DNA of 64,000 nt. Origin: Raillietiella orientalis. Taxonomy: Eukaryota. How positions within the stretch are numbered: position 1 is the stretch's first letter; the number at the start of each line of letters is the position of its first letter. The notes beneath the pieces were generated by a model. That model did not search any database, had not been told where the DNA came from, and saw only the letters and a list, made by a program, of their open reading frames with translations. The translations under genes were made by a program, and so were the position numbers. The stretch covers positions 3,224,001 to 3,288,000 of the forward strand of contig JAYWIR010000014.1 of the NCBI GenBank assembly GCA_036172245.1. Direction: 5' to 3'. Of this stretch, positions 9,401-21,500 are shown piece after piece.

Positions 9401-12400
9401 GTAAAATGTTAATGGCTGCTTGGATTTGCTGGATGCCCTCGTTCCAAGTAATCAATGCAATGGGAATGATTTCTTTTCTGATGATGGTTGCATGCATGCA
9501 TCGGTATCCTTGCGGTCTGCACTGTTTATTAAAGTGGTAGCATTTTAAACGCGAAATGAGCTGCGACATCCGAATCCGTCCACGTGATTACGGTTTTTCC
9601 AAAAGCTCTCTAGCTGCTTCCCTTTTAGCTGTTGAGGCGTTGTTTCTCATCTGAATCCCGTTTCTCACCCACGCGGCTGACAGTTTCGATGCCTTTCTGC
9701 CGGAATGTCCAACATTTCTCTCCGACTGTGTTCGGCCTGCACAAACAAACTCCTCATGACGTGGCTGTACTCCCTCTTTTCCAGTCCTTCTTAACCCATT
9801 CTGGTGAGTTTCCTCCCAGGGACTTCTTGTTTCTCAGGTTTCTTCAATGCAGGAAAACCATCCTCGTGATGCAAGAGTTGTGTACTTTAAATTCGAGGAT
9901 GTTAGAAAAACATCTGGATGAGAGCGAGCTGCACACGTGTCACGCTGGTGTCGTATTCCGTGCTGACAGCAGCATTCGCATTGGCAAAGAAATCCACTCG
10001 TTGAAGTGCACGTTAGAATGCACATCTAGCTGTTAGAAGGACAAGCGGAGCATGCTTCACTTGCTGTTAGAATCGATGGATCTTGTAGCACTGCCGTGCT
10101 CACTCCAAGGATGACTTCTCCCGCACCCTCAACAGGTCATCATTCAGAAAGTTGTGCCTCCCCGGGTATGTACTTTGGGAAGATAGGATCGAAGATTCGT
10201 GCTAGTGAACTGGACCACTCGCTTCTGCGGCTGTGCATTGTGCCCTCCATGGGATGCAATCTGTAGGGAGTACACCGGCTGAAGTGGATCAGTTGAGTGT
10301 TTTCAGGGAACAGACATCTCCAGACCTGTTGCAGCTTTTCCTTTCTTTTTCTTTTATCGATTTTCTGTTAGGCGATTTCCTGAGTTACAAGGTGGGAATT
10401 CCAGTTCACGAAAAGAGGGAAATTGCGTGGTTCTCGATGACTGCCGTCAACCTGCGTAAATCGAAGGAGACAATTTCAGGAAGCTTCAATGCGGTAATTT
10501 TTTATAGATGCAGGCACGGTAATGCTATTGCCCTTTGCTTTGCGAAGAAATACCGGGCGAAGAGCTCGCGGATGTGCAGCACTCACAACGTTTAGATGCC
10601 GAGCTGCTGAACTGTTGAATGGGTAAACATTCCAGAATGGCATGAGCAAGAGGAAGAGGACAAGCTAAAAAAAAGAAAAGAAAATAGCAATGAAAAAGAC
10701 AATTGGACGGCTCTTTAGAAGAAAAAGCAACACCTCTCACTCTCTCTCTAGCGTCCAGCGAGTGGTTCTATGATCTGTGCAGCAGCATGTTCCCTAGAGA
10801 AAGAGAAAAAAGAATGTAAGCTGAATCAGGCGACTTTTTCGAGGCAAGAGTCAGCTTTGGGCAAGAGAACAGCAGAAGTTCGTTCAATCGAATAGAGATG
10901 GAACCGAGGTCTAAGAGAGTGTCGGGTGTTGCGATTGGTCCACTTTTGCATAGCTTGTTGCAGGATAACTCTGGATGACATTTTTTTTCCTTAAACAACA
11001 TCACCAATGAAAACCACACTTCAGTATACACAAACTCCCAATACAGGAAACAAATTCTCCTCGAGCAAGAATGAGAATCATTCCTGGCAAAATGCATCTT
11101 TGACGGAACGCTGGATTACACACAGGAGACTTTTCTGGAACATGCCCCTACAGAGCATGACCAAACATTCTGAGGTGTTTATGCACTTTTGAAAAAGTAG
11201 CGATAATCAGTCTTATACAAAATTAAAGGTCAATCCACCTCTTAAGCACACAGTTCTTGCTACAATAACACCTTAATTGGTACGAATGTATGCATGCTTC
11301 TGTGGTGACTTGGAAAGTGTACAACAGAACTATTTGAATATTTACTCTTTTTCTTTCTTTTCTCTTTTTTTTTCTTAAAAAAAAAAAATTGGACATGATT
11401 GCGGTTTCATGTGGTGACAACGAAAGCAATGCGGTCTGTCCACGGTAGGAGCTGCGAGCACAATACGAGACATCGTGTTCCCAAGAAGCAAGGAGAAGCT
11501 TTCATTGGTGGTGTCTGCACAGAACGGTTTTGACCTCTCCGAGTTTCCCGGAGAGCTAACTCGGAGAAAAAGGTCTACCTTGTTGATTAACAACAGCCGT
11601 TACTAATTACAGGGGCGACAAAGAGTTTTTTATCGTCGCGGGCGAAGCTTTCAGAAACTACACTGCATGAGATGAGTACGATTGGGGGAGCGTAAATGAA
11701 ATTCGAGTATGCAACATCCACATCACCCGCAAGCAAAGGTGTCTTCAATGCCTAGCCATTTGATACACAAAAATGTGAGTGCTGGCTATCAGGCTTCAAC
11801 ACGGGGGACGAGCCCCTTCCGCAGTGTACAGATGCAATGCAATTTTCGACCTGCTCCACGGTCAGCTTTCGCTGTTAACAAATCGCACTGGCTCCTCTGA
11901 GCCTTGTTTCTTTTGTTGATGTTTACATAACAGCATCATGCGTTATGAAGATGCAGACCATCACGCATTACGTAAGCTCGCATTTACTGCTGGAGTGCTC
12001 CATATCTGTGCGTTTTGTGAGGAAACTTTTAGGAAAGATGAGATAAATCATGCCGGAGGATCCCAGCAGCCAAAGAGTCGCACATGTTCTTGAACTTTAT
12101 CGATACCGCGAATTGTAATAAGCACCACGTGTTTACGACTGTAGGTTTCCTTGCGCAAAAGATAGAAGGACCAAAGTGATAATTAAAATAACAGCAAAGA
12201 AAATTAACTTCTCCAGATGAAGACGGAAAAAGTTGCAATCTTTCTTAAGCAGACCACGGTTCTATCAATTAACCAGCTTTCGCAGTATGCTCTTGGAACC
12301 ATTCTGCACAAACCGAGGACTAAGCCAAGATTCAAGGATCGTGTGAGAATGAAAACTAAAGAAATCGAGAAAACACACATTAGCACTATCTCGACGACAG

Positions 12401-15175
12401 AGAAGAATCCCAACGTAAGGCAAAAGCAGGAACGAAGAACAAATGGAAGCTGCTTTGATGAAGAAATATTCCCGTTCCGTGGCGTCCGGCTCCCCTTTCG
12501 AAATCCGGTGCGCCTTCCAGAAAAAAGCGACGACGTTTATGGCCTGGGCATCTCTCGCAGAGCACATGACGCGGCCGTGCTCCCCGCCTGCACTGGCGCG
12601 CAATTTCGCAGGACCAGGAGCAGGTTCCTGGCGGCCGCGGTGCAGCCTCCACGGAATCAGCCGGAGAAAGCAGCGAATCGCTCACCAATTAAAGCGCCGT
12701 AAAGAGATGCGGAGTGAAAGTGAAAACCCGCGATGCACCGACATGCCGGAATTCTCGGAGCACCGAAATTGTGGACGCTCATAAAGAAGAGGGAGGAGAG
12801 TAAACAGGATGGAGCAGCAATCAGAAACCGAAGACTCCATGTTCTGAAAGGAAAAATATCCTGGAATTGAATAAGTGGATGCTTCCCGTCTCGAGGCAGC
12901 TCGCAGTCGGACTTCCTTGGGACCCAGAGAGATGCCGTTAAAGCAAGCTTTCTCGATTGCAGCTCGACTTTGAGCAGTCGGACGGGGCTGTCCGAGCTGA
13001 GCTCCGCGCGCGCACCAGAGCTCGCGAGGTGATCCGCGTGTCCAGAAGTCCGGGATGCTGGCCCGCAGCTGGACTCCGCTGGAACGTCCAAGAGTCGGAA
13101 ATTGAGAGGCTGCACTCCAGAAAACACGAACACGTCTCTCGCACGGTGCTCGCGCGTTTGGCACGAGCCGCTGTCAACAGAGAGGCTGCTGAGATACAAA
13201 TGAAGAGAAACACACCAGCGCTACAGAGGGCAAGCCGATTGAGCTGCAACCGACGGGTTGATTCGTCTTTCGGCTGGCTATCTGATGAATTTTTTCAAGG
13301 AACACTCGCTCGCTCCTCAACGCGGAAGTGATCTCAATCATGCAGATTAGAGATCGCGATCCTCTTCCTCGCTCCTTGGGTTCCACTCGCCGAAAATTTC
13401 CTCGCCCAGGCAAGCAAAGACGACGCACCCCCTGTAAGCCCGGAAGAGACGCTGCCAGGAAGGCTTGTGCGTGTAAAGCAACCTGTAAGGCTCCCCCAGT
13501 GGTGACCAGGATGCGTTGCGCCCTGGAAGCCGACTGCGGGACAAATGCCCTGCGCGTCGGCGATCGAGTCGCACATGGTACAGTTTGCTCAGCACCAACG
13601 CAGCGCGGTCGCACCGAGTAGGAAAAGAGCAGAACGTGGAAGGGGCGAGGGATGAGTGGGAGAAAAGCGTCCCAGTATTTAGGAGGAGCCCTCAACAGAC
13701 CACCAAGCGTCGAGCTACTGGTAGAAACGAGGAAAGGAGGGAGAGACGGCTGCGGTCCGTCGGCGTGGAAAGCGAAAGGCGAGGAGCCGCCAAGCCTGGC
13801 GCTGTTTGCCATTCCAGCCGCCGACCGCGTTTACAGCTGAGAAGCCGGAGAGATCTCAGGTGAGACGACAGCAAGACAGAAAGCAATGCTCCAGGCGTTC
13901 CGAACCGAATCGGAAGCACCTGGGGGCCGAGTTCGGTGGTCAACGGGGAGGCAGCGCAGCAGCAGCACCTCGCCGACGAAGGCAACACGAACGTCGAATC
14001 AGCACAACTCGTGCAGTTTCCAGCTTCATTGCGATTGCCAAAAAAGGTAACGGCAGCCAAAAGAAAGAAGAGGAGAGCACCGTCAGCAAACCGCACACGA
14101 GTGAAGAGATCCAAAGGTGATGAGAGGTCCGTGGTGAGGGCGCCTCGAGAGTGGAGGAGCGCTCGCATCATGTGCGGCAGAAGGGGAGGTCTCGCACCTG
14201 GAGATCGCAAGAGGCTACGGGTGCCACGGCGAAGAAACCTCCAAAGAAGCAAGGACGGCGTCCTGGGAGCGGACACAGGGTGTATCCAAGAGCTCGGAGA
14301 GCCGGTGATTTTTCAAGTGCTCGAAAAGTCGACACTTGCCGCGATGAGGCGCGCAAAGAGACCTGTCGAAAAAGGAAAACAAGCCAGGCACGAAGCATAG
14401 CAGAAAACGCCCGCAAGGGCATGGCGGAGACCCCGGTTCATTCCCTTCCGCCCTAAATTGTAAGTTCAACTTGTGTGTTTATTTTTATTTTTTTTTACAA
14501 AATAAACGGCCCGGCGTAACCGGGTTCCAATCAAAGCCGAAATTGTCTTCGCGTGGAAAGGGGACTCGTGCGGAAGAAGGGGCCTCGGCCACCCAGGTAG
14601 GCCGTTCCACACGTATCGTGTTCACCTTGCAAAAGTGGCGGTGGAGTATGATGACGTATGAACTGTGGATCTGTGGAAAGCATGCCGTCCGGTCGAAGGA
14701 CAGTTCCAGGTAGGTCCATCGAAGGGAAAAGGAGGATCGCGAAGGAGTGACAGCTGAAATACTCAGGTAGATGGATGGTCGAAGCTACACGAAGACGCCT
14801 CCGGGAATGGGCAAAACCTTGCTCCTCCCACAAAGTACGAAAAAGCGTGGACGTCGTTTCTTCTGTTCAGGACAGCGATGAAGCCACGGACACCGCTGAC
14901 GCCACGCGCGCCAATTCAAAAATTCGAGACCGGCTGATTCGATAAGTCGGGGACGAGCAGCAGCTGAGTGTGGACCCTCAGGTCTTTCCGCAGCCGACGC
15001 CTTGGCGGGTGTCTCCAAGTCACAGAAGCTTCCGATCGAATCGAAGGGGCGTCCGTTTCCGCCTTCCCCGGTCCAACTTCGCATCCCATGCGTCGCTTCC
15101 TGAAGACCAACAGAGAGAGAGGCCAACGCCGGCATCTCAACCTTTCGAAAAGTCGATTAACCAGAATACAAAACT

Positions 15176-15181
15176 TTTATT
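15176..15181 (-). terminator. AATAAA polyadenylation signal candidate for the NKCC gene
   Basis: tttatt on plus, about 360 nt downstream of the NKCC TAA at 15543-15545. Further candidates at 14478-14489. Confidence 0.5.
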
Positions 15182-15542
15182 TGAAAAAAATAGGAGATTC
15201 GCTGCATTCGTGTAAAAAAAAAATACGAATCATACACCTTTAGTAGGCACTAATGGTAGATGTACAAGGAATAATGCTTCTGAAAGAGGTACAACGAATC
15301 GTTGAGCACCACTCATATCACCGGTTACAGAAATTCCCACAACTGCCAACGAGGTAATCAAAATCACTTGGGTGAAGGGGGAAGACAGGACACGTGCTTG
15401 TCATCCAATGCACAGCGATACACGAAACGAAAAAGGGAACCGTTATGCGCCGAGAGGAAATCTTGACACGCCGCGGCAGGACGCCTGCGTGTCGTAAGGA
15501 ATGCACGTTCCGAAGGCTAAGGAGGACAGCAGGATCAGGAAG

Positions 15543-18500
15543 TTAGGAATACAGTGTGAGGACTGCCGTCTGGTTTCCTCGGACGAGGAGGAACGGAGGC
15601 ATCCCACGGGTGAGGATTTCCAGCCAGGACATGTACAGCGCGGCCGAAACGGTTTTCCTCCTCGGCATCGGAAGCGTCCTGTGGACAAGATGAGCACGGA
15701 GAGCAAAACAGAGGAGGGCTCACTTACATTACGATCAGACTGGCGTTGGTGGAATGTTCCAGCAGCAGTTCCCTTAGACGGACGTGCAGGTTGTTTTTCT
15801 TCTTCAAAGTGATCATCTCTGACTCGGAGATGCAGACCTCGTCTGAAAGAAACCATGCGTTCGGGTCAGATCAATCCATCGAGCCACACGCTGAACCGAT
15901 AAAGCGTCTGGCCTTTCGCCTGCCAAGCGCAGCTGCTGCTAGAGGACCACCACTCTCGTGGAGGCAGTGGCCAACACTTCTCCCCGATGCCGGTCGGACC
16001 CGAGAACGGAGGAAAGTCTGCGTTCGCAGATGCACCACAGCTGGCTCTTTCATCGTATGACGTCTACGATGATCTCTCCGAAGCTTCGGTTCGAAGCGAA
16101 GCCGTCACAGGCTGCTCCAGACCGGGTCCCGCTCCCTTTGACGATTCTCCCTCATGCTCAGGGATCGCACAGCGTTGCATGGAGTCACTCCCTTACATTC
16201 ATGAAAACACCGGCAGCCGCGCTACCCAGCATCCTTTTTGTAACTCCAAGTTGCTTTCAGCGTTTAGAGTAAAATCCTTTTTTTTTTTTTTCCCGCGAAA
16301 CTCCTTGTAATAACAAAGTAACATCCCTTTAAGGATTAACTTTCAAGAATTAGATGCCGTGTATTCGACAGTTGCTTCCTGTCCGTTTCCGGGAACCGAA
16401 TCCTGATTTTGCGTCGCATTTCCTAAAACCCCCATTCTCACGATACTTGTTTCGATGTCTCCTTTTAAGGGCATCCTTTGGTTCCTCTCCAAAGGTTCCA
16501 GGTGATTATCCTGTGAACTTTTAGTGTCATTTGTTTGAATGCTCAGGAAGAAAGACTGGGATACGGCAACAGCCATCCCTGTTCTTTTGATGCAGTCGGT
16601 TCCCAGTGAAGAAACTACACAACCGTGCACTTCCGTGCACTTTCGCGGCAGGAACTTTCGCATCACGCGCAAGCGTTTTGCGACATCCTGAAGCCTCGAC
16701 ATCGCTGAGGTCTCGTTGCTTAGCAGTGCTCTTCCTATTCCAATGCGCAACTCCATGAGCTTTTCCACATTTCGCAAGCTCCACTAAAGGTGAGTTTTCA
16801 TTTTAGCGCGGTAGACCCGGATACTGCGCGTTCTGTAACTTCAGATTCGGTTTCCCTTTACGTATTCACTTGTCCTTTGCATTCTGTGCGCAATTTCCTT
16901 TCTCTCCAGAGGTTTGCACGCGGAAAAAGTCATCATCCCCCTTCAAAAAAAAAAAAAAATCGCCCTAAGCGTTCACCTGTATGTCCTTATCCTTAGATTT
17001 TCATTTGCATCCTACAAGATCTGTCACGCACTGTTGCATCACCACTGTTCGTGAGAAACGCTATTTTCTACTGTGCAAACATCAGACACCATGCTTCAAC
17101 GAAAGGACAATCCAATTTCCCAGATCTGGTACAGTGGCTGCCACAGCTCCTTAAGTGCAAACAGTTCGTGCGGTTTCTCTCACTAACTTCGATCTTGGAT
17201 TTCATCCATGAAAACGGCAACTTTCCTGCCTGCGCGATCCCTGACTGCACCGAAAAGAGCTCTTCATCTAAGCACCGCAGATGCTGAACAATATGTAAAA
17301 CCCAGTTAATGGCCGTTTGTGTGTGATTGCATAAAATTATACCTTCACTCTTTTAGAACGGCTGGCGCCTGGAATTTCATAGGCACCTTGGTCATTATCC
17401 AGTATGACCATAAGACTCACACCCAGAAGGCAAAACATCCATTTCCAGACTTCGGGGAGGCTTGCTCCATGCTCAGTTCAGCTGTGCATCGCAACAGGCT
17501 GTTCTTATAGTGAGCACCTCAAAGCCGGAAGCCTCAAACAAGCCTCGACGAAAGCTGCTCATTGATTCGTGTTTCCTCACTTACCACAATTTATCTCCAA
17601 AAGGACCTACTGATTACAGCGCAGCCCATGAGCCAAGGAAGCAAAGTCGTTTACGACAATGATGATATTGCAAACGCAGGATCTTTCGAAAACCGAAACA
17701 AAATGAAAGCAAACGCGAGATAAACTAAAAATATGCAAACCGAGGAGAGCTCACGGGTTCCTATGTCGAATTATAATGAAACAGTGCCGGATTTTATGGA
17801 GCATTACCTTATGTATGAATCTTAGATGCTATGAAGGGCAACCCCTACATCGCTCAAGTCGTCTAGGACCTTCGGAAGCCCCACTACTGAATAACCAATA
17901 CTTCCGGGAGCTTCGAATAATGTCTTTTCTGGAGACTCAAAAAAACCGTTTCCGGCCGCCGAAAAGCACACGAGGAATACCAGCAGTTTGGAAAACCAAA
18001 GAACACGACTGTGGGTTGCCGTCGTTCGCTGACGGGCTTCTGTGAATCTGAATGGTTCGAACCTCTTTCTTTGACCAACACTTTCAACCAGGCGTTCCAA
18101 GAAGCCTCCTCACAAATAGAAATTTCTCCCGAACGCGAGGAGAAACCTTCGATTCGATTTGGACGGGAATCTCAAGAAAATCCACCATCTGAACAACGTT
18201 GCCATGGGATCGCAAGTCGATAAGAGGAACCCCATTCCAAAGATCTGGCTCACCTGCTGCCGGGAAATCAGCCTTGCCGTCCTTTCCATCCTGGCCGTTA
18301 CGGAATGGACGTATCAGATCATCGAATTCAGCCAAGTTGGCATCTTTTGGGCGCTTGTTGGAATCCGAGATGATGATCACGTCAGACACGTCGATGCGAA
18401 ATTTGGAGCACAAAGTCGCCAATCTTGGCAAGGAGAAGTTTACCGAGAGGCGGACGATCAAGGCATACTCACTTCTTTTGCTCGTTGTCCAGTTCCGCCC

Positions 18501-21500
18501 TAGTGCCAGCCAGGGCGAAGACGCGCAGTTTGCAACCGGAGTAATCGGACCGCGTGTGAATGATGTATGGCAAAAGCAAAGTAAGTCCTTGAAAAGAAGA
18601 AGAAAAATCAGGATAACCGCTGCAGAGTTTACCTCCTTCGTCGTAAAGCCACCATACATCTATGGGTCCTTTGGTCGAAGATGTTTTCCTTCCGAATCGA
18701 ACCAATTCTGCGGCCGACAGATCGTTTTTCCACACGCGGAATTTGTTCTGAGGCAGACGCAGCCTCTTCCTCTTTCGCTTGTTCTCCTGGTTATATGGCT
18801 CTTCGTCGCGAAGGCTCATTTTCTCCTCTGCACACGAACTTGTGACGCGTTCCAATTCCAACAAGGAAACTCTACCTTCTTTGTCGGCTTTCAGCTCTTT
18901 GAGATTGACTGCAACATCCGTCAGAAGATTATTCATTTCTTGATTTTCATCCTTCGCATTATCCGCGACTATGAATAATGAGCCATGAGAATGAATGCTG
19001 CGAGAATTCGCCTCAAATCAACTACCTTGGCTAAGCGCAACGTGAGACGCTTCGCGGGACATCTCTTTCTCCTCGATGGTAGGCAACGTAGTACGGAATC
19101 CAGTCTCCTTGGAATCGATGGTGATTACCTGGGAATCGTTCTCACAAATCCAATTCTTTTCGTGATTCGGCAGTCGCAGAATTCCGACTGCCAAATACAT
19201 ATCTAGAGCGTCACTAGAGTATCACTAGAGAGGAGTAAAATTAGCGTGGTCGTTCTCACTGGATAAGATTGACGTAGGCTTTGATTTGGGAACGTTCGCA
19301 CTGGCGCCAGTCCTCCTTGTAGCCCAGGAGCATCATGTTCGGCTTCAACTTCCCCAAGCCGACCAGCTGCATGATAGCTCTCCCTCCACGTTCGAAATCG
19401 GAATCCTCGCAGACTGCGTAGAAGGCTTTGATGCCTTCGTTCGAGAACCAAGAATTGGCACGGTCTATCATTGCCACACGATTCTTCGGAGTGAGAGGTG
19501 TCTGGGAAACAAATCCATCAGATCTCGAGGTAAAGCAGTCGGTGCATGGAGACAATTCGCCCTTCCTGCTCATAGTCGCCAGAATTCCCCGGGACGATTA
19601 TTCCCTTTCGCTCTACCACGATTCCCTCTTACCACAAAGCTGCTGCCTCGTTAACAAATCAGCGACAATCCCAACAACCATCTTCGGTTGGATCGAAAAC
19701 TGATGGCAGGTGAGCGATCAAAGGAAAGACGTCAACGGTGCGCAAAGCGCTCATTATCAGGAAAAAGGAGATGCAGCCTTTCGATCAGAGGGGAAGAGAG
19801 CGTATCGTCCAAGGGAAACACGTTCCAATGCAACAGGAGACCAAACAAGAACTTCGCTGAAGCAGAATGCTATTGAGCGAAATCCGGTAGCATCCCAGAA
19901 GAAGATGCGAAAGCAGACAGCACGGAGGGAAAGACCGTCACTGCACGCACCAAGCGCCCAGTGCCGAGCGTGCATGAAAAGAGCTTGAAATTCTGTTGTA
20001 AGGAGTTGGCCAACCCGGGGGTGACGTGCACGCAGAGCCAAAGGAAGCGCCTGCCGGGATGGCATCCTTTGCCATCTCAAAAACAAACAAACAGGATTTT
20101 GCGAATCTCGGAGCCCTCACGCGCTGTCTTGGCCGCGCCCAGCGCCTGATGGGAAACTCGTTCAGTCCTCCCGGATTCTCGAATTCCCTTTTGCAACTCT
20201 TCTATGTGGCAAGGATTCCCGAACAGCTTTGAGAAGAGTGCAATACACACAGCGAAGGAATTCACAGAAGCGAAAAAATAAGAAGGGATGATCAAATATC
20301 AAAAATCTATCAGGTACACAACACAACGCATAAATAAATAAATATATATATCTATATATCTTTTTCCTTCTCCTTCTTCGCACCGCGCAGGTGATGTTGG
20401 GACGAGTTGATGTTTCACTCGAAACGCGTGCCTAACAAAGAGAGAAGGCCAAAACTTGGTTAGATAGAGTTGAAGGCTTGTTAGCGGGAGCAATGCAGCA
20501 GCGAGCCAACAGATGCTCCAAAGGGTTTCGAATATAAGAAAGGAATGGTGTGAAGACCTCGGAAAAGCCGTTAGGCATTGCAAACGCACGTTGGCATCAA
20601 TCATCTCAGGTCGGTGACGATGAGTAATTCACCCATTTTCGCGAAAGAACGTCGAGGAACAAGAAACTGTTATATTCTGCAGGAGCGCGCTATCAACATT
20701 CATTCCAAGACCCAGTTTCGAAGGTCATCGGTATCCGGCAGGGGGGGAGGAGGAAAGAGAGGGAGGGGTATCACAGATGGTCTTGCTCTGTCCCCCAAAC
20801 CGCTGTCAGCAGAGTCCGCACGGTGGTCGCGAATGGAATTCGTTCGGAAACGCTTTTTACCTCGAGTCCCTTCTAATCAATCGAAGCAGATCACGAGGCA
20901 TCTGAAAGTGACTGCCTTTCTTAAGGATCACTTCGACAGACTCGGGCCCAGTTTGGGATTTAGCAAATGAGGCCCTCTTGCAATCCAGCTTTTGAAATTT
21001 TTGCAGGAAGGGGGAGGAGCGACTTCCCTTGAGCTTCGCAAGGATCACCAACAACCTACTCCACCCTTCAACACTCTTCTCAGTGTCTGAAGTTTCTCGC
21101 GGCGTCAGACCGAGCTTTAGGGCTCGAGCGCGCAAGAGCAGACTTCAACGGGCAGAGTAATCCTCTAATGGATTCCACGTGAATGTTAAGACTTGCAATT
21201 CCAAGAGCATCGTGGTGATCCAAATGGGAGACTCCCAGAACCTTTTCGATTCTTACGAAGACTTCTGCTTCGAAGTGGAAATCTTTCATCCAAACCCGGA
21301 GCAGAAGAAGTCGCTTCTAGGCACATCCGCGCATCTTTGTGGACAAGAGGCCACGGTAAATCAACCGAAACGATTCTCAACAGGTTGAATGGACTGTGAA
21401 AGATCCGAGGCACTTGGGAACACACAGCTGCTAATTCAAAATGTGTTCCCGCAAGAGAGAGATCAAGGGATGGACCAAGGGATGGAAACACCGAGACCAA

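Noticed and set aside
14168..14422. Minus ORF MPLRAFSAMLRAWLVFL, which faintly resembles an NKCC C-terminus
   Set aside because: The real terminal exon is at 15678-15543 and matches far better, so this resemblance is treated as chance.
15501..15812. Plus-strand ORF with a CEDC motif suggesting a zinc finger
   Set aside because: It is the antisense shadow of the last two NKCC exons.
16343..17900. Minus-strand ORF 16343-16777 and splice-like signals inside an NKCC intron (nested gene or alternative last exon)
   Set aside because: No homology and no consistent exon chain could be built; transcript data would be needed.
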